64,000 nucleotides of DNA from Stegostoma tigrinum (lineage: Eukaryota), in NCBI RefSeq assembly GCF_030684315.1, contig NC_081387.1, forward strand, positions 11,056,822 through 11,120,821, given 5' to 3'. This document shows positions 36,740 to 50,551 of this stretch, in pieces. The notes under the pieces were generated by a model. It was not told the origin of the DNA. It ran no database searches and was given only the letters and a program-made list of their open reading frames with translations. Numbering within the stretch: position 1 is the stretch's first letter; every line of letters starts with the position of its first letter. Both the position numbers and the translations under genes were made by a program.

Positions 36740-37680
36740 GATTCAGTATCAACATTATTAGTCTCTCACCAGCATTATACCAACAAGGAGCTAGCACACA
36801 ATGATCCAGGCAACTACAATGGAAAGCGCACACTTGGGAACCCAGTCTCAGCACCAAGTTCCTGATTCTTCCAGGTTTCTAGTAAGACGTAGTCCTTCCA
36901 TCAGAACTTGATTAGATTTGTGGAAGCTCAGTAAATCTTCCCATGGGCCTGGTTCCAGACTATACAAGGAGGGTGGATCAACTGGTCCCAGGCAACTGCC
37001 TTAACAATACTGCACTCACTCCTGACCAATGGCTGCTGTTACACCAGGAGAAGAATCTGAAGATTTGGCATGTCTTAGTATGTTTATAAGGTCATTTTTG
37101 CCCTCCACCTGCCTCTCCCTCTCTCAGATCTTTGGATAACACTCATGAGATCTGTTTGTGAATGTACCAAAACTTTTAATGGGAAACTGTTTGATGCTGA
37201 CGAGGACGGTGTGAACATCAGTGTTCCCTGGGAGTATTCTGTCCCCTGGACAAAGTGTCAGGGAGTTCTTCCCCAGGTCTTACTGCATTTCCCATGTGCC
37301 ATTTGCCACCTGCCTACCTGACGAGAACTGCCCCTGCCTCCAAACACTTGTTAATGTACTTCAGTGCAAAAGGCTGGTCAGTTTACAATCTGTCAGGCAC
37401 TTTGTTCAGCATTTCTACACAATGCATTTGGTCAGGTAACCAAGATTTCAGGATCATCACTCAATCTCTGTCTATTCATATGCTTCAAGATTGTTTCTTA
37501 GTTTACTTGTTGAGGGTTGAAGATCATCTGCCAGCCATTACCAGAGGGGTACACAGGTTGTCAAAAATCTCTCTGTGATCAATTCAGGAATATCTGTAGA
37601 ATCTAGCGACCTCAATGCAGGGAATGCAATGTTTGTCTTCAACCTTGTCATTGTCCCTGAATACCTGGAATTGTTTTTTT
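36740..37680 (-). mobile_element. RTE-like LINE remnant
   Basis: Degenerate C-terminal RT-like sequence recognised by eye. Confidence 0.45.
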
Positions 37681-37685
37681 TTCCC

Positions 37686-37688
<3 letters not shown>

Positions 37689-37730
<42 letters not shown>
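37689..37730. repeat. (AG)n microsatellite
   Basis: Direct reading. Confidence 0.95.
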
Positions 37731-37731
<1 letters not shown>

Positions 37732-37764
37732 TTCAATGCTGTGCCCACTGATTCCTCAAGAGTT

Positions 37765-38900
37765 CTAGAACATAGAGCATAGATAGAACACAGAACATAG
37801 AAAAGTACAGCAGAGTACAGGCCCTTCAGCCCACGATGTTGTGCCGTGGAATAATCCTAATCCAAAAATAAAATAACCTAACTTACATTCCCCTCAATTC
37901 ACTGTTGTCCATGTGCATGTCCAGCAGTCACTTAAATGTCACGAATGATTCCGCTTTCACGACTACCACTGGTAAACTATTCCATGCACTCACAGCTCTC
38001 TGGGTGAAGAACCTCCCTCTGATGTCTCCTCTATACCTTCCTCCTAACACCTTAAAACTATGACCCCTCGTGGCCGTCAATCCTGCCCTGGGGAAAAGTC
38101 TCTGGCTTTCGACTCTATCCATGCCCCTCATTACCTTGTACACCTCTCTTCCTCCTTCTCTCCAGAGAGAAAAGTCCGAGCACAGTGAACCTCTCGTCAT
38201 AAGACAAGGCCTCCAGTCCAGGCAGCATCCTGGTAAACCTTCTTTGCACCCTCTCCAAAGCTTCCACATCTTTCCTATAATAGGGTGACCAGAACTGGAC
38301 ACAATATTCCAAGTGTGGTCTCACCAGGGTTTTGTAGAGCTGCAGCATAACCTCGCGGCTCTTAAACTCGACCAACCCTGTTAATGAAAGCCAAAACACC
38401 ATATGCTTTCTTAACAACCTTATCTACTTGGGTGGCAACCTTGAGGGAGCTATGCACTTGAACACCAAGATCCCGTTGTTCCTCCACACTGCCGAGAATC
38501 CTGCCTTTAATCCTATATTCAGCATTTAAGTTCGACCTTCCAAAATGCATCACCTCGCATTTATCCAGGTTGAACTCCATCTGCCATTTCTCAGCCCAGC
38601 TCTGCATACTGTCAATGTCTTGCTGAATCCTGCAACAGCCCTCGATACTATCAACGGCACCGCCAACCTTTGTGTCATTAGTAAACATACTAACCCACCC
38701 CTCAACCTCCTCATCCAAGTCATTTATAAAAACTACAAAGAGCAGAGGCCCAAGAACAGAGCCCTGCGGGACACCATTCAGCACTGATCTCCAGGCAGAA
38801 TACTTACCATCTACAACCACTTTCTGCCTCCTGTCAGCCAACCAATTCTGAATCCAGACAGCCAAATCATCCTGTATCCCATACCTCCTGACTTTATGCT
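37765..38900 (-). mobile_element. 5'-truncated CR1 LINE
   Basis: GVPQGSVLGP and LEYCVQFWSP motifs in three frames; CR1 tail. Confidence 0.92.
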
Positions 38901-40148
38901 GTTCAATACAGTACTACTCAATTAAAGCACTGTAATTCACAGAGACGCAGAAGTGCCGTGGTGCAGAAAGAGACCATTTGGCCCATCATGTCTGCACTGC
39001 CTCTCTAAGTGAATATTATGATTTCGCGCTATTCTCCTGTAGTTTCCACATGCCCTTGCATGTTGTTTCTATTGAAATAATCATGTACTTCCATCCTGAA
39101 TGCCTCAACTGATCTTGCCTCCTTCATACTTCCAGGCAATGCGTTCCAGATGTGAACCATTCATTACACCTTGCATTTGCTTTTGCAATTCAATTTGTAT
39201 CTGTGCCCCACTCATTCTTGATTCTGTTTTGAGTGGAAAGGGTTTCTCCCTGTTGACTCCACACCCCCTCATTATTTTGAAGACTTTTCCTCTTAATGTT
39301 CTTCTCTCTAAAAAAGAACACACCCATCCTCTTCTATTTAGTATCAGAACTGAAGTTTCTCTTTCCTGGGACCATTGTTGTAAATGTCTTTTGCATTCTG
39401 TCTATTGAATTTAAATTCTTCCTATAGTGCTTGAGCTGAGGTGTAATGTCTGTCTTCATGAAGTTCAGTATCACTTCCTTGCTCGTGTACTCTGTGCTCT
39501 GTGAATGAAACCAAAAATACACCTTATTTTGTTAACTGCTCACTCCACTTGTCCTTCAGTAATGTGCACATATACACCCAAATCCCTCTGCTCCTTTACC
39601 TCCTTTAGAACTGTACCACCTACTTTATGCTGACCATCCTTGTTCTTCATTAAACCCATTAACTTGGCACTTCTCTGCACCGAACTCCTCTGTCACTTGT
39701 CCTCTCATGTCACGAATTTGTCTATGTCCTTTGGAAGTTCTGAACTGTCCTCCTCAAAGTTTAACATTCTCCCAAGTCCTGTGTCATCCAAAAACTTTAA
39801 AAATTTCCATTTGCACACAAAAATCACAGTCATTAGTCATGAATCACTGCTGTCTTTCCTGTTGATGGCCACATCACTGCAGTCCTTGTTAATTTTCTCA
39901 CTTTTCTATCTGAAGGAAATATTCTTGTTAATTTCTCCAAACTAGTTTTTAGCTAACCTAGTTATTCCTGAAGCACTAATTTCTCAGTCTTGCATCAAAC
40001 ACATACCAAAGGTCCCAGAACTGTCTGATCATTACTGACTGTCTTCAGCACTCTCTCTCACTACAGATCACCTCATTCAACAATATTCCTTATTCTTTGG
40101 ATGGACCACTGTTAATTTCTCAACTATCAGTTTACAAGTACACTTAAT

Positions 40149-43100
40149 TAGAACATAGAACATAGAACAGTACAGCACAGAACAGGCCCTTTAGCCCACA
40201 ATGTTGTGCCGACCATTGATCCTCATGTATGCACCCTCAAATTTCTGTGACCATATGCATGTCCAGCAGTCTCTTAAATGACCCCAATGACCTTGCTTCC
40301 ACAACTGCTGCTGGCAACGCATTCCATGCCCTCACAACTGTGTAAAGAACCCGCCTCTGACATCCCCTCTATACTTTCCTCCAACCAGCTTAAAACTATG
40401 ACCCCTTATGTTAGCCATTTCTGCCCTGGGAAATAGTCTCTGGTGATCAACTCTATCTATGCCTCTCATTATCTTGTATACCTCAATTAGGTCCCCTCTC
40501 CTCCTCCTTTTCTCCAATGAAACAAGTCCAAGCTCAGTCAACCTCTCTTCATAAGATAAGCCCTCCAGCCCAGGCAGCATCCTGGTAAACCTCTCTGAAC
40601 CCTCTCCAAAGCATTCACATCATTCCTATGATAGGGCGACCAGAACTGGACGCAGTATTCCAAATGCGGTCTAACCAAAGTTTTATAGAGCTGCAACAAG
40701 ATCTCACGACTCTTAAACTCAATTCCCCCGTTAATGAAAGCCAAAACACCATATGCTTTCTTAACAACCCTGTCCACTTGGGTGGCCATTTTAAGGGATC
40801 TATGTATCTGCACACCAAGATCCCTCTGTTCCTGCACACTGCCAAGAATCCTATCCTTAAGCCTGTACTCAGCTTTCAAATTCGACCTTCCAAAATGCAT
40901 CACCTTGCATTTATCCAGGTTGAACTCCATCTGCCACCTCTCAGCCCATTTCTGCATCCTGTCAATGTCCCGCTGCAGCCTACAACAGCCCTCTATACTG
41001 TCAACGACACCTCCAACCTTTGTGTCGTCTGCAAACTTGCTGACCCATCCTTCAATCCCCTCATCCAAGTCATTAATAAAAATTACAAACAGTAGAGGCC
41101 CAAGGACAGAGCCCTTTGGAACACCACTCACCACTGACTTCCACGCAGAATATTTTCCTTCTACTACCACTCGCTGTCTTCTGTTGGCCAGCCAATTCTG
41201 TATCCAGACAGCTAAGTTCCCCTGTATCCTATTCCTCCTGACCTTCTGAATGAGCCTACCATGGGGAACCTTATCAAATGCCTTACTGAAGTCCATATAC
41301 ACCACATCCACAGCTTGACCCTCATCAACTTTTCTAGTCACATCCTCAAAGAACTCGATAAGGTTTGTGAGGCATGACCTGCCCCTCACAAAGCCGTGTT
41401 GACTGCATTTAATCAAGCCATGCTCTTCCAGATGGTCATAAATCCTATCCCTCAGAATCCTTTCTAACACCTTGCAGATGACAGACATGAGACTTACTGC
41501 TCTGTAATTGCCAGGGATTTCCCTATTTCCTTTCTTGAAGAGAGGAATTACATTTGCCTCTCTCCAGTCCTCAGGTACGACTCCAGTGGAGAGCGAGGAT
41601 GCAAAGATCTTCGCAAGTGGCGAAGCAATTGCATTTCTCGTTTCCCAAAGCAGCCGAGGACAAATCTGATCCGGGCCTGGCGACTTGTCAATCTTAATGT
41701 TTGACAAAATTTTCAGCACATCAGCTTCCTCTATCTCTATCCATTCCAGCATGCACACCTGCTCTTCAAAGGTTTCATTCACTACAAAGTTCGTTTCTTT
41801 CGTAAAGACAGAAGCAAAAAACTCATTTAGGGCTTCCCCTACCTCCTCAGACTCCACACACAAGTTCCCTATGCTATCTCTGATCGGCCCTACTCTTTCT
41901 TTGACCATTCTCTTATTCCTCACATAAGTGTAAAATGCCTTTGTGTTCTCCCTAATCTGTTCTGCCAAGCCTTTCTCGTGTCCCCTCCTGGCTCTCCTCA
42001 GACCATTTTTGAGCTCCTTCCTCGCCTGCCTGTAATCCTCTAGAGCTGAGCTTGACCCTAGCTTCCTCCACCTTATGTAAGCTACCTTCTTCCTTTTGAC
42101 GAGAAGCTCCACCGCTCTCGTCATCCAAGGTTCCTTTATCTTACCCCTTCTTGCCTTTCTCAGAGGGACATATTTATTCATCACTCGCAACAACTGTTCC
42201 TTAAACAGTCTCCACATGTCTATAGTGCCTTTACCATGGAACAATTGCTCCCAGTTCATGCTTCCTAACTCATGTCTAATCGCATCATAGTTTCCTCTTC
42301 CCCAATTAAATATCCTCCCATTTTGCCTAATCCTCTCCTTCTCCATAGCTATGTAGAATGTGAGGCAGTTATGGTCACTATCACCAAAATGCTCTCCCAC
42401 CACAAGATCTGATACCTGCCCCGGCTCGTTTCCGAGCACCAAGTCTAGAATGGCCTCTCCCCTCGTCGGCCTGTCAACGTACTGAGTTAGGAAACCCTCC
42501 TGAACAAACCTTACAAAAACAGCTCCATTCAAATTTTCTGCTCGAAGGAGGTTCCAATCAATATTGGGAAAGTTAAAGTCACCCATTACAACAACGCTAC
42601 TACGTCTACACTTTTCCAAAATCTGCCGACCTATATTTTCTTCAATCTCCCTGCTGCTATTGGGGGGCCTGTAGTAAACCCCTAACGAGGTGACTACTCC
42701 CTTGCTGTTCCTAATTTCCACCCACACTGACTCAATAGGCAGATCTTCCTCGACAATGGAAGTTTCTGTAGCTGTGATACCCTCTCTGATTAGTAGTGCT
42801 ACACCCCCTCCTCTTTTTCCCCCCTCCCTATTCTTTTTAAATGTTCTAAACCCTGGAACATCCAGCAACCATTCCTGCCCCTGAGAAACCCATGTCTCTG
42901 TTATGGCCACAACATCATAGCACCAGGTACTGATCCATGCTCTAAGTTCATCACTTTTATTCCTGATACTCCTTGCGTTAAAGCAAACACACTTTAACTG
43001 ATCCCTTGGTTCCTTCCCAGGAAAATCCTTCCCACTAGCTGGTCTACCTCTTGCTACTGCCTCACCTGCATCAACTCTCCCCTCTGGTATACAGCTCAGG

Positions 43101-44420
43101 TTCCCACCCCCCTGCCATACTAGTTTAAACCCTCTCAAACTACTCGAGCAAACCTTCCACCCAGGACATTGGTCCCCTTCCAGTTCAGATGCAACCCGTC
43201 CGTCTTGTACAGGTGCCACCTTCCCCAGAAGGCATCCCAATTATCTACATATCTGAAGCCCTCCCTCCTACACCAGCTACGCAGCCACGTGTTAAGCTGC
43301 GCCCGCTCCCTGTTCCTCACCTCACTATCTCGTGGCACCGGTAGTAAACTAGAGAACACTACTCTGTTCGTCCTGCTTTGCAGCTTCCATCCTAACTCCC
43401 TGAAATCACTTTTTAGATCCTCAATCCTTTTTCTGGCTATATCATTAGTGCCAATATGTAACATGATTTCTGGCTGTTCGCCCTCCCCTTTTAGAACCTT
43501 ATACATCCGATCGGAGACATCCCGGGCCCTGGCACCAGGGAGGCAACATACCTTCTGGGAATCCCGATCCTGACCACAAAATCTCCTGTCGATTCCCCTA
43601 ACTATCGAGTCCCCTACCATGAGTACCTTTCTATTCTGCCCCCTTCCCTTCTTTGCCACAGTGTCAGGCTCAGTGCCAGAGAACTGACTACTATGGCTTT
43701 CCTCTGGTAGGTCATTCTCCCCCAGCAGTATCCAAAACGGTATACTTATTGCTGAGGGGAATGCCCACAGGGGATCTCTGCACTGTCTGTCTGTCCCCTT
43801 TCCTCCCCCTAACTGTAACCCATCTATCCTTGTCCTGAGCCTTTGGAGTGACCAACTCCCGGTAACTCCTCTCAATTACCCCCTCTGCCTCCCGAATGAT
43901 CCGTAGTTCATCCAGCTCCCTAACACGGTTTTCAAGGAGCTGTAGCTGGGTGCACTTCCCGCAGATGTAGCCAGCGGAGACGTGTGCCACATCTCCCAAC
44001 TGCCACATTTTGCAGGAGGAGCAAGCAACTGCCCTAGCATCCATACCCCACTTATCTGAACACCCACTCAGTACTAAAGTAGAACGCTTAGTTCAAGTTG
44101 CTATAAAGTTAATAACAAACTTATATTCAATAGAGAAAGTTTAGAATGAACCTTACCTTATTAACTAGGTTAGAGGAGGAGGGTGGGTGGGAGACACTAC
44201 AGTTGTAGAGTCTCGGGTTTAGCCGCCTTGGCTGATATATATGGCCACTGCTTTCCTTCCCGGTTGCCCCTCTGGCCGTCGTCACTTCCTCCGCTGCTCC
44301 CGCTCCTTCTGTGAAAGCGAAAACACCGCTGCCTGCTACCGGTAAGTAATTTTTAAAAACTGCCTTACCTTACCTGCAGTCTTCCGGGTTCATCTTACCT
44401 CCTCTGCTGCTCGCACTCAA
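40149..44420 (-). mobile_element. Near full-length CR1 LINE: 5'UTR, ORF1 (Zn-finger + SGNH esterase), ORF2 (APE-RT), (TTCTATG)n tail
   Basis: ORF1: CSSC..CGKC finger, then GDSIVR..PGAR..HIGTND..DGLHLN esterase. ORF2: NARSIRNK, ITETW, MGDFNFP, LDLVLGN, SDH endonuclease and YMDFSKAFD/FADDTK RT. Only about three disabling changes. Confidence 0.97.
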
Positions 44421-44479
44421 AATGCAAATTAATGCAAGATTATTCAGGAACTTCACCCGTATTCATTTTGTTATTGACT

Positions 44480-45380
44480 CCACAATAACACTCAACACTG
44501 GAGCCCCAGGGTTGCCTCCTCAGCCCCCCTATTGTATTCCCTGCATACCTATGATTGTGTTGCCAAATTCTGAATGAACACCACGACTGAACCACAGTAG
44601 TGGGACAAATATCTAACAATGACAAGTCAAAATTCAGCAGAGACAGAGGGCTTGGTGACATGGTGCATTGAAAATAATCTATCTTTCAACATCAGCAAAA
44701 CTAAACAACTGAAACTCGACTTGAGAAGGAAAGGAGGGGAACATGCCCCCATCTCATCAATGGAACTGAGGCCGAGAGGGTGAAGAGCGTCACGTTCATC
44801 AGAGTGACGATAAGTGATCACCTACCCTGGGCTTCCAATGTAAATGGAATGGTCAAGAATGCAAACAACGTCACTTCTTCTTCAGCAGCTCGGGAAATTT
44901 GGAATGTCCGTGAGGTCCCTCACTAATTTCTACGGATACACCATTGAAAGCATACTGTCTGGGAGCATAACGGCATGGTATGGCAATTGATCTACCCAGG
45001 ACTGTCAGAAACTACAGAAGGTGGTGTGCACAGCCCATTCTGTCACAGAAGCCAACCTTCCATCCATGGACCCTATTGACATGGCTCACTGCTGCTGAAA
45101 GGTGGCCAACATCATGAAAGATTCGTCACATCCTGGTGATGACCTCCTACAACCTCTTCGATCAGGCAGAAAATACAGCCTCCTGAACACACACGCCAGA
45201 GGTTCAGGAACAGGTCCTTTCTGGCCAGCATCAGACTGTTGAATGGACTCTTGTCTCAAATAGTGCAAACTGTATGCTTCTGAGTCTTTTTGATCTGTAT
45301 ATTCTTTGCGTGCTGTGACCTGCCTGTACTGCAAGCAAAGAAAGCTTTTCACTGTATTTCAGGACACGTGACAATAAATC
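44480..45380 (+). mobile_element. Rex1/Babar-like LINE RT 3' remnant
   Basis: Degenerate GAPQGC.LSPLLYSL, TTVVG, WC..NNL..N..KTK and ESIL motifs. Confidence 0.7.
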
Positions 45381-47109
45381 AATCAACCAACTTGTATTAT
45401 GCATTATTTTCCCCTTCATCTATGCTGATGCAAGTCCATTTGACTTTATTTTACTCCCTCTCACCATTACTACGTTCATTGTCTTCAGGGCAGTTTCTTG
45501 GCTCAATGCTTGACTCAGTGTTTTCCTGTTGTGCAGGTCACAGTTAGTGAAGTTACATAATATCTCAATATCAGACAACACTTTGTTTACTTTCAAATAA
45601 TCTTATCAAAAATTCAAAGTGATTCACAGTCTGATTTTCATGTATCCTCTCCTGCATGGTTCTGATGTCTCAGAGGTTGACAAAATTGTCCCTCTCAGTT
45701 CTCTGAGAAAGTTCATAGTCATGGATATAAAAATGTCAATCCAAACATATAAACCTGTCATGCACATCCACAAATTACATTCACAAGAATGTATATCAAT
45801 ACAATATATTATCTCTTATTGAATTATAAGTTCAGTTGAGATATTCAAGTTTGCATGGAGTGCTGCATTCCTTTCTGAATAACTTTACCCCTTACCATCG
45901 ACCACTTCCTCATATGGAGACCGTTCCTTGACAGTGAGTTGCTGAAAACTGGCATCTGCTCTTGAGGGAGAACAGCACAAGCTCACCCACTCAGCACGTC
46001 TGACAGAAGATGGATACAAACGAGAACATAAGAACTGAAAGCAGCAGTGAGCAATTCAACCCCTTGAGCCGAACACTAAATGTGGTCTCAGCCCATGTTC
46101 TTGCCAGTTTCCCATATCGTGTCCATCCACTACTGATTAAAAACCTGTCTGTATCCTCCTTAACTTCACTCAATGTCGCAGTATCTACTTCACTCTGGGG
46201 TACTGAATTCCACACATTCATGATCAAATTGACTCTTGTTCTGAAGTGTTTTACTCCAGTTTCATTCAGGATGAGGCAGTGTGTACAGCCTCCTTTTCCT
46301 GTTGATTACCATTCACAACTGGGTACGGAAGGATTGTAAACATGCCCCAGAAGGCAGTGGAGGCCAACTCTCTGGATACTTTCAAGAAAGAGATAGACAG
46401 AGCTCTTAAAGATAGTAGAATCAAGGGTTATGGGGATAAGGCAGGAACAGGATACTGATTGTGGATGATAAGCCATGATTATAATGAATGGTGGTGCTGG
46501 CTCGAAGGGCCGAATGGCCTACTCCAGCATCTATTGTCTATTGTCAGATCTCTCTGCTATTGCCCCCAACCTGATGTGCACACGTCCACATTTGCCTGAT
46601 CAGAGTTGGTCCAAGTTACCAGAGAGAGTCACTTCTCCATGAAACTTCTGGAGCAATCAAAATCAGGATCCACTGACTGGAGAGGAGTCGCAGGCAGTGT
46701 TTTGAAGATTACTTTTTGCCAGTCCTCAGCATTCTAGCTCCAAATTCGCAATGAGGGCCTGGAATGGTCCAACGGCATTGTGCTCCAGTTAAAGCTCTCT
46801 TGTACAAAAACCAATGTCAGTTTCTCATTTTAACCTCTCTCACAATCACCTACGTGGTCATTGTTAAAATGTATTTCTAAAGACTATGCATTCTACATCC
46901 ACCACATCCCCCTATCATGTGTCTATCCTCTCCTCAAATAATGATGACTGGTTTGACTAGTTGTTTCTATCTTTTGCACACTCTGCACTAGATTCAGTTT
47001 TTAATTATTAATTCCTTACAGTTTTATCCTTAAGGGACTCAGTATTGTTGTTCTACACATCAAGAGGACATGTCTTCAGAAAAAGACGAAGGACAGAGAC
47101 AGAAAGTGG

Positions 47110-48717
47110 AAGAAAAAAATTCTTTTATTTTTGCAGCTTCAGCAAAGACAACATTAGTGCAATGGATTCTACACTGAAAGCCTAAATCAAATATCCCAAA
47201 CAGATAAACATAAGTGATCAGAAGTTCAAACTTTGGCAGGATTTAGGGCTGCAGTGTGAGATCAAAACAATAAAAATGTAATAACTTCAAGAAATCTAGA
47301 TGTGAGACCTGAGTATGTCTTTACATTCCATTACCACACTCCATTTAAATAAAATCACTTGCTTTTGCTTTACTAATAAAATAATCAAAAATGAACTAAC
47401 ATACAAATCTTTTATCACTGATTTGTAATAACACTAAGAATTTGTGACATAAATCTCAGGACCAGCTGCAAGATTCATTTGTGTGGGAGATGGCATGACT
47501 GGGGGGGGGGCAATACTTTTACGGTGAGAGGAGAAATATTTTAAAAAGACATGAGCACCACAGTGAGTGGTCCATGTGTGGAATGAAATTCCAAAAGGAA
47601 GTGTTGGAAATAGGTACAGTTACAACATTTATATTTGGATACGTACATGAATAAGAACTATTTGGAGGGGTATGCAGGCAGGTAGGACTAGTTTAGTCTG
47701 GGATTATGTTCGGCATGGATTGAAGGGTCTGTTTCTGTTCTGTATGACTCGATGCTGCACAAACAGCTGAACACAATCTCTGAATCAGAGAGAGAGGAAC
47801 AGAAAATCGTGGTGCCTTGAACCCAAGACATGAGAGCTGCAAACCATGATTACCCTGCTTGAATGAGGCTTTGCACCAGGAAGTTTATAAATTGATGGAA
47901 GTGTTAAAATACGAAATAGCTCAAGTCAGAGCCTGAGGCTGCAGCATGCCATGAGCAGGAGATCAATTCATGACATCTATTGCCATTTGGCAGTGTATAC
48001 CAAATTAAAAGTAACAATTGGCTTCAGTCAGTCTCTGTAACAAGAGCATAGAAAAGGCTTCACTCAGTATTTAAGGTGCATGAAAATTGAAATGAAATCT
48101 GGGATGATCTCACTGAAGAGTGACTGACAAAGAGATCAGGTTTATGTGCTGAATTGACTGACAGGACAGTGCATGTGGCATGACCATTGGGCGTGATCTG
48201 TGGAGATGAAATTTTTCTGAGGAAAAATAGTCAAGGCTTAAAAGTTGTTTCTCATTGTCCAGAGGGTAGTTAAGATTTAACCAGTTGTGCAGTGACATGT
48301 GGACCATGCCAGATATGGATGACAGATTGCTTTCCCGAAAGGGCATGAGTGAACCAGATGACTTTTTATGACAATCAGTGATGATTATGTGGTCACCATT
48401 AAACCAACTCTTAATTCTAAATTTGACTGAATTTGCATTTCACCATCTGCCACAGAATTATTTGAACCTGTGTCTCCAAAAAAAATTAAGCTGGCGGTCT
48501 GGATTCTCAGGGCAGTGACCTTAGCACTGTGCCACCATCTGCGCCGAAGGTGAAACTCACAATATCATGTCAGACATTGTCTCAATAATCTATAATTAAC
48601 AAAGTGATATCATTTCTCAAATCCAGATCATCTATTACTCCAGAAATTGCAGGAGAATTAAGCAGAAGATCAATCACAGCAATGGAAATCGAGTTTCCAG
48701 CAGGACATCAGAGACCA
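47110..48717 (-). other. Probable non-coding last exon / 3'UTR of MHC class I gene B
   Basis: Acceptor TTCTCTTCCCCAG ending at 48718. AATAAA at 47129-47124 followed by a T-rich element. Inferred; no transcript evidence. Confidence 0.5.
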
Positions 48718-49659
48718 CTGGGGAAGAGAAATAGCATGGTTACAGACCACAGAAAACCCAGCAGACCCTGAAGCATCTCCCACAAACACCAGCAGCAAAA
48801 CACAAAAACCCATTCCCTAAGCATCAGCAAAACCCCTCAGACCCACACCCTAAAGACCAGCAAAACCCACAGGGGCACAGGAAGATAGTGAGGCCATTTA
48901 GCCCTTCAATCTTGTTCCACTGTTCAGTGACATCACGGGTAGTCTGGCACCTCAATCGATTTACCCATCTTCAGCCTGTCCCTTAATTTTCAGTCTTATT
49001 GATTTCTAATTCACCAAAGCCAATTTTGCATGAATTTTCTTTTGAGGAAAGTTCTAACCATTTCCTGCTCTGTTTGTGTGGAAGCGTTTCCTATTTTCAC
49101 TCTCAATGGGTGCAATTCTAATTACACTGACATTCAAGTCCAAGACGCTCCAACCATTGGAAGCAGTTCCCCTCTATCTACCATGTCCGCTTCTCCTAAT
49201 ATTTCAAAACTTCCATCAAATCAGCCCTTAACGTTCTACATTTTAGGGAGCACGGCCCCAGTTTGTTTAATCTCTGTGTCATTTAACCCTTGAAGACCAG
49301 CTTTCATTCAGGTCTATCGACACTGCACTCCCTCCAATACCATAAATCCCCTCACAATCTAGTTTCCTGAACTGCGCTCAGTTCTCTATCAGGTCCAGAC
49401 CCCACCCACTTCCCTGCATTCCACAAGCACCCAGAAATGCAGAATTCCAGGACAGCAACACTGAACTCAAGGAACACACTACAGTGAGAACTGTCATCGT
49501 ATTGACTCCCTTTAGAAAGGCAGCATCCAGGATGAAAAGTGTCCGGTTATTTCTGTAGCTTAAACCCCACCCCTCAGAGGTACATTGAGGCTTACACCCA
49601 TATAGAGTCAGCCTAAATGCTCCATGTTGAACTATGTAAGCTTGTTGTTAGTGATCATA

Positions 49660-49660
49660 C

Positions 49661-49710
<50 letters not shown>
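49660..49710. repeat. (AG)n microsatellite; AG-rich low-complexity tract also at ~49890-50230
   Basis: Direct reading. Confidence 0.9.
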
Positions 49711-49712
<2 letters not shown>

Positions 49713-49809
49713 AGCACAGAGTACACCCTCCAGATTGTCCAATTCACACCAGCTCCAATCCCCCAGTTACAATGACCTGTTCCCAACAATGAACAACAAT
49801 GTTCATACC

Positions 49810-49847
49810 TCAGGAAATGACAGAACTGGAGCTTGTTTCATCAGAAG
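49810..49847 (-). CDS. MHC class I gene B, cytoplasmic exon 7 (ASDETSSSSVIS*)
   Basis: Acceptor TTTCCCTTAACAG, phase 1, Ser-rich, TGA at 49812-49810 followed by donor G|GTATG. Confidence 0.75.
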
Positions 49848-50518
49848 CTGTTAAGGGAAACACAAGATTAAAAATCATTCATTATCACAGCAACAGAAAG
49901 AATGAGACAGAGAATATGTAACAGGGGCAGCGAGAAACAAGAAGGTGAGACAATAATAGACAGCAAGAAACGAGAGAAACAGAACAAAATGAGAGAGCGA
50001 CAGAAAGAGCATGATAGAGAGAAACAAATAAGAGAGAAAGCACGAGAGGAAAAATGAGAGACAGAACAAACAATTGAGAGAAATGAGAGCCAGAGACGTA
50101 AAGAGTGTGAGAGGGAGAAATGAACGAAAGAGAGATTGTATGAGAGGGCTAAACGAGAGACAAAGAGCACACGAGACCAAGAGAAGAATGACAGACAGAC
50201 AGACAGATCAGACAGAGAACAGAAACAGAAACTGCTTGAGAAACACACTATGTCTGGCAGCATCTGAGGAGACAGACAGCAGAGTTAACACTTTGGATTC
50301 AGTGACCCCTCAACAGAACTCCCAGAACGAAATGTCACTGGACTCAAAATGTTTCTTGTTTTCTCTCCACAGATGCTGACAAACCTAATTAGTTGCCTCA
50401 GCAATTTATGTTTTCTTTTCTGTTTCAGATCTCTAGCATTTGCAGATTTTTTGTTTGAAACAGAAAAGCAGCTCATCGTACACGAACACAGATGCCGAGA
50501 GGTGAATTATCAGCTTAC

Positions 50519-50551
50519 CGTTTGTGGGGCTGTACTTCTTCTTCTCTCCTC
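50519..50551 (-). CDS. MHC class I gene B, cytoplasmic exon 6 (GGEKKKYSPTN)
   Basis: 33 nt, AG/GTAAG-bounded, phase 1-1, Tyr at position 7. Confidence 0.8.

Noticed and set aside
49868-50379. Hydrophobic/charged ORFs resembling membrane proteins
   Set aside because: Low-complexity AG/CT tract in an intron.
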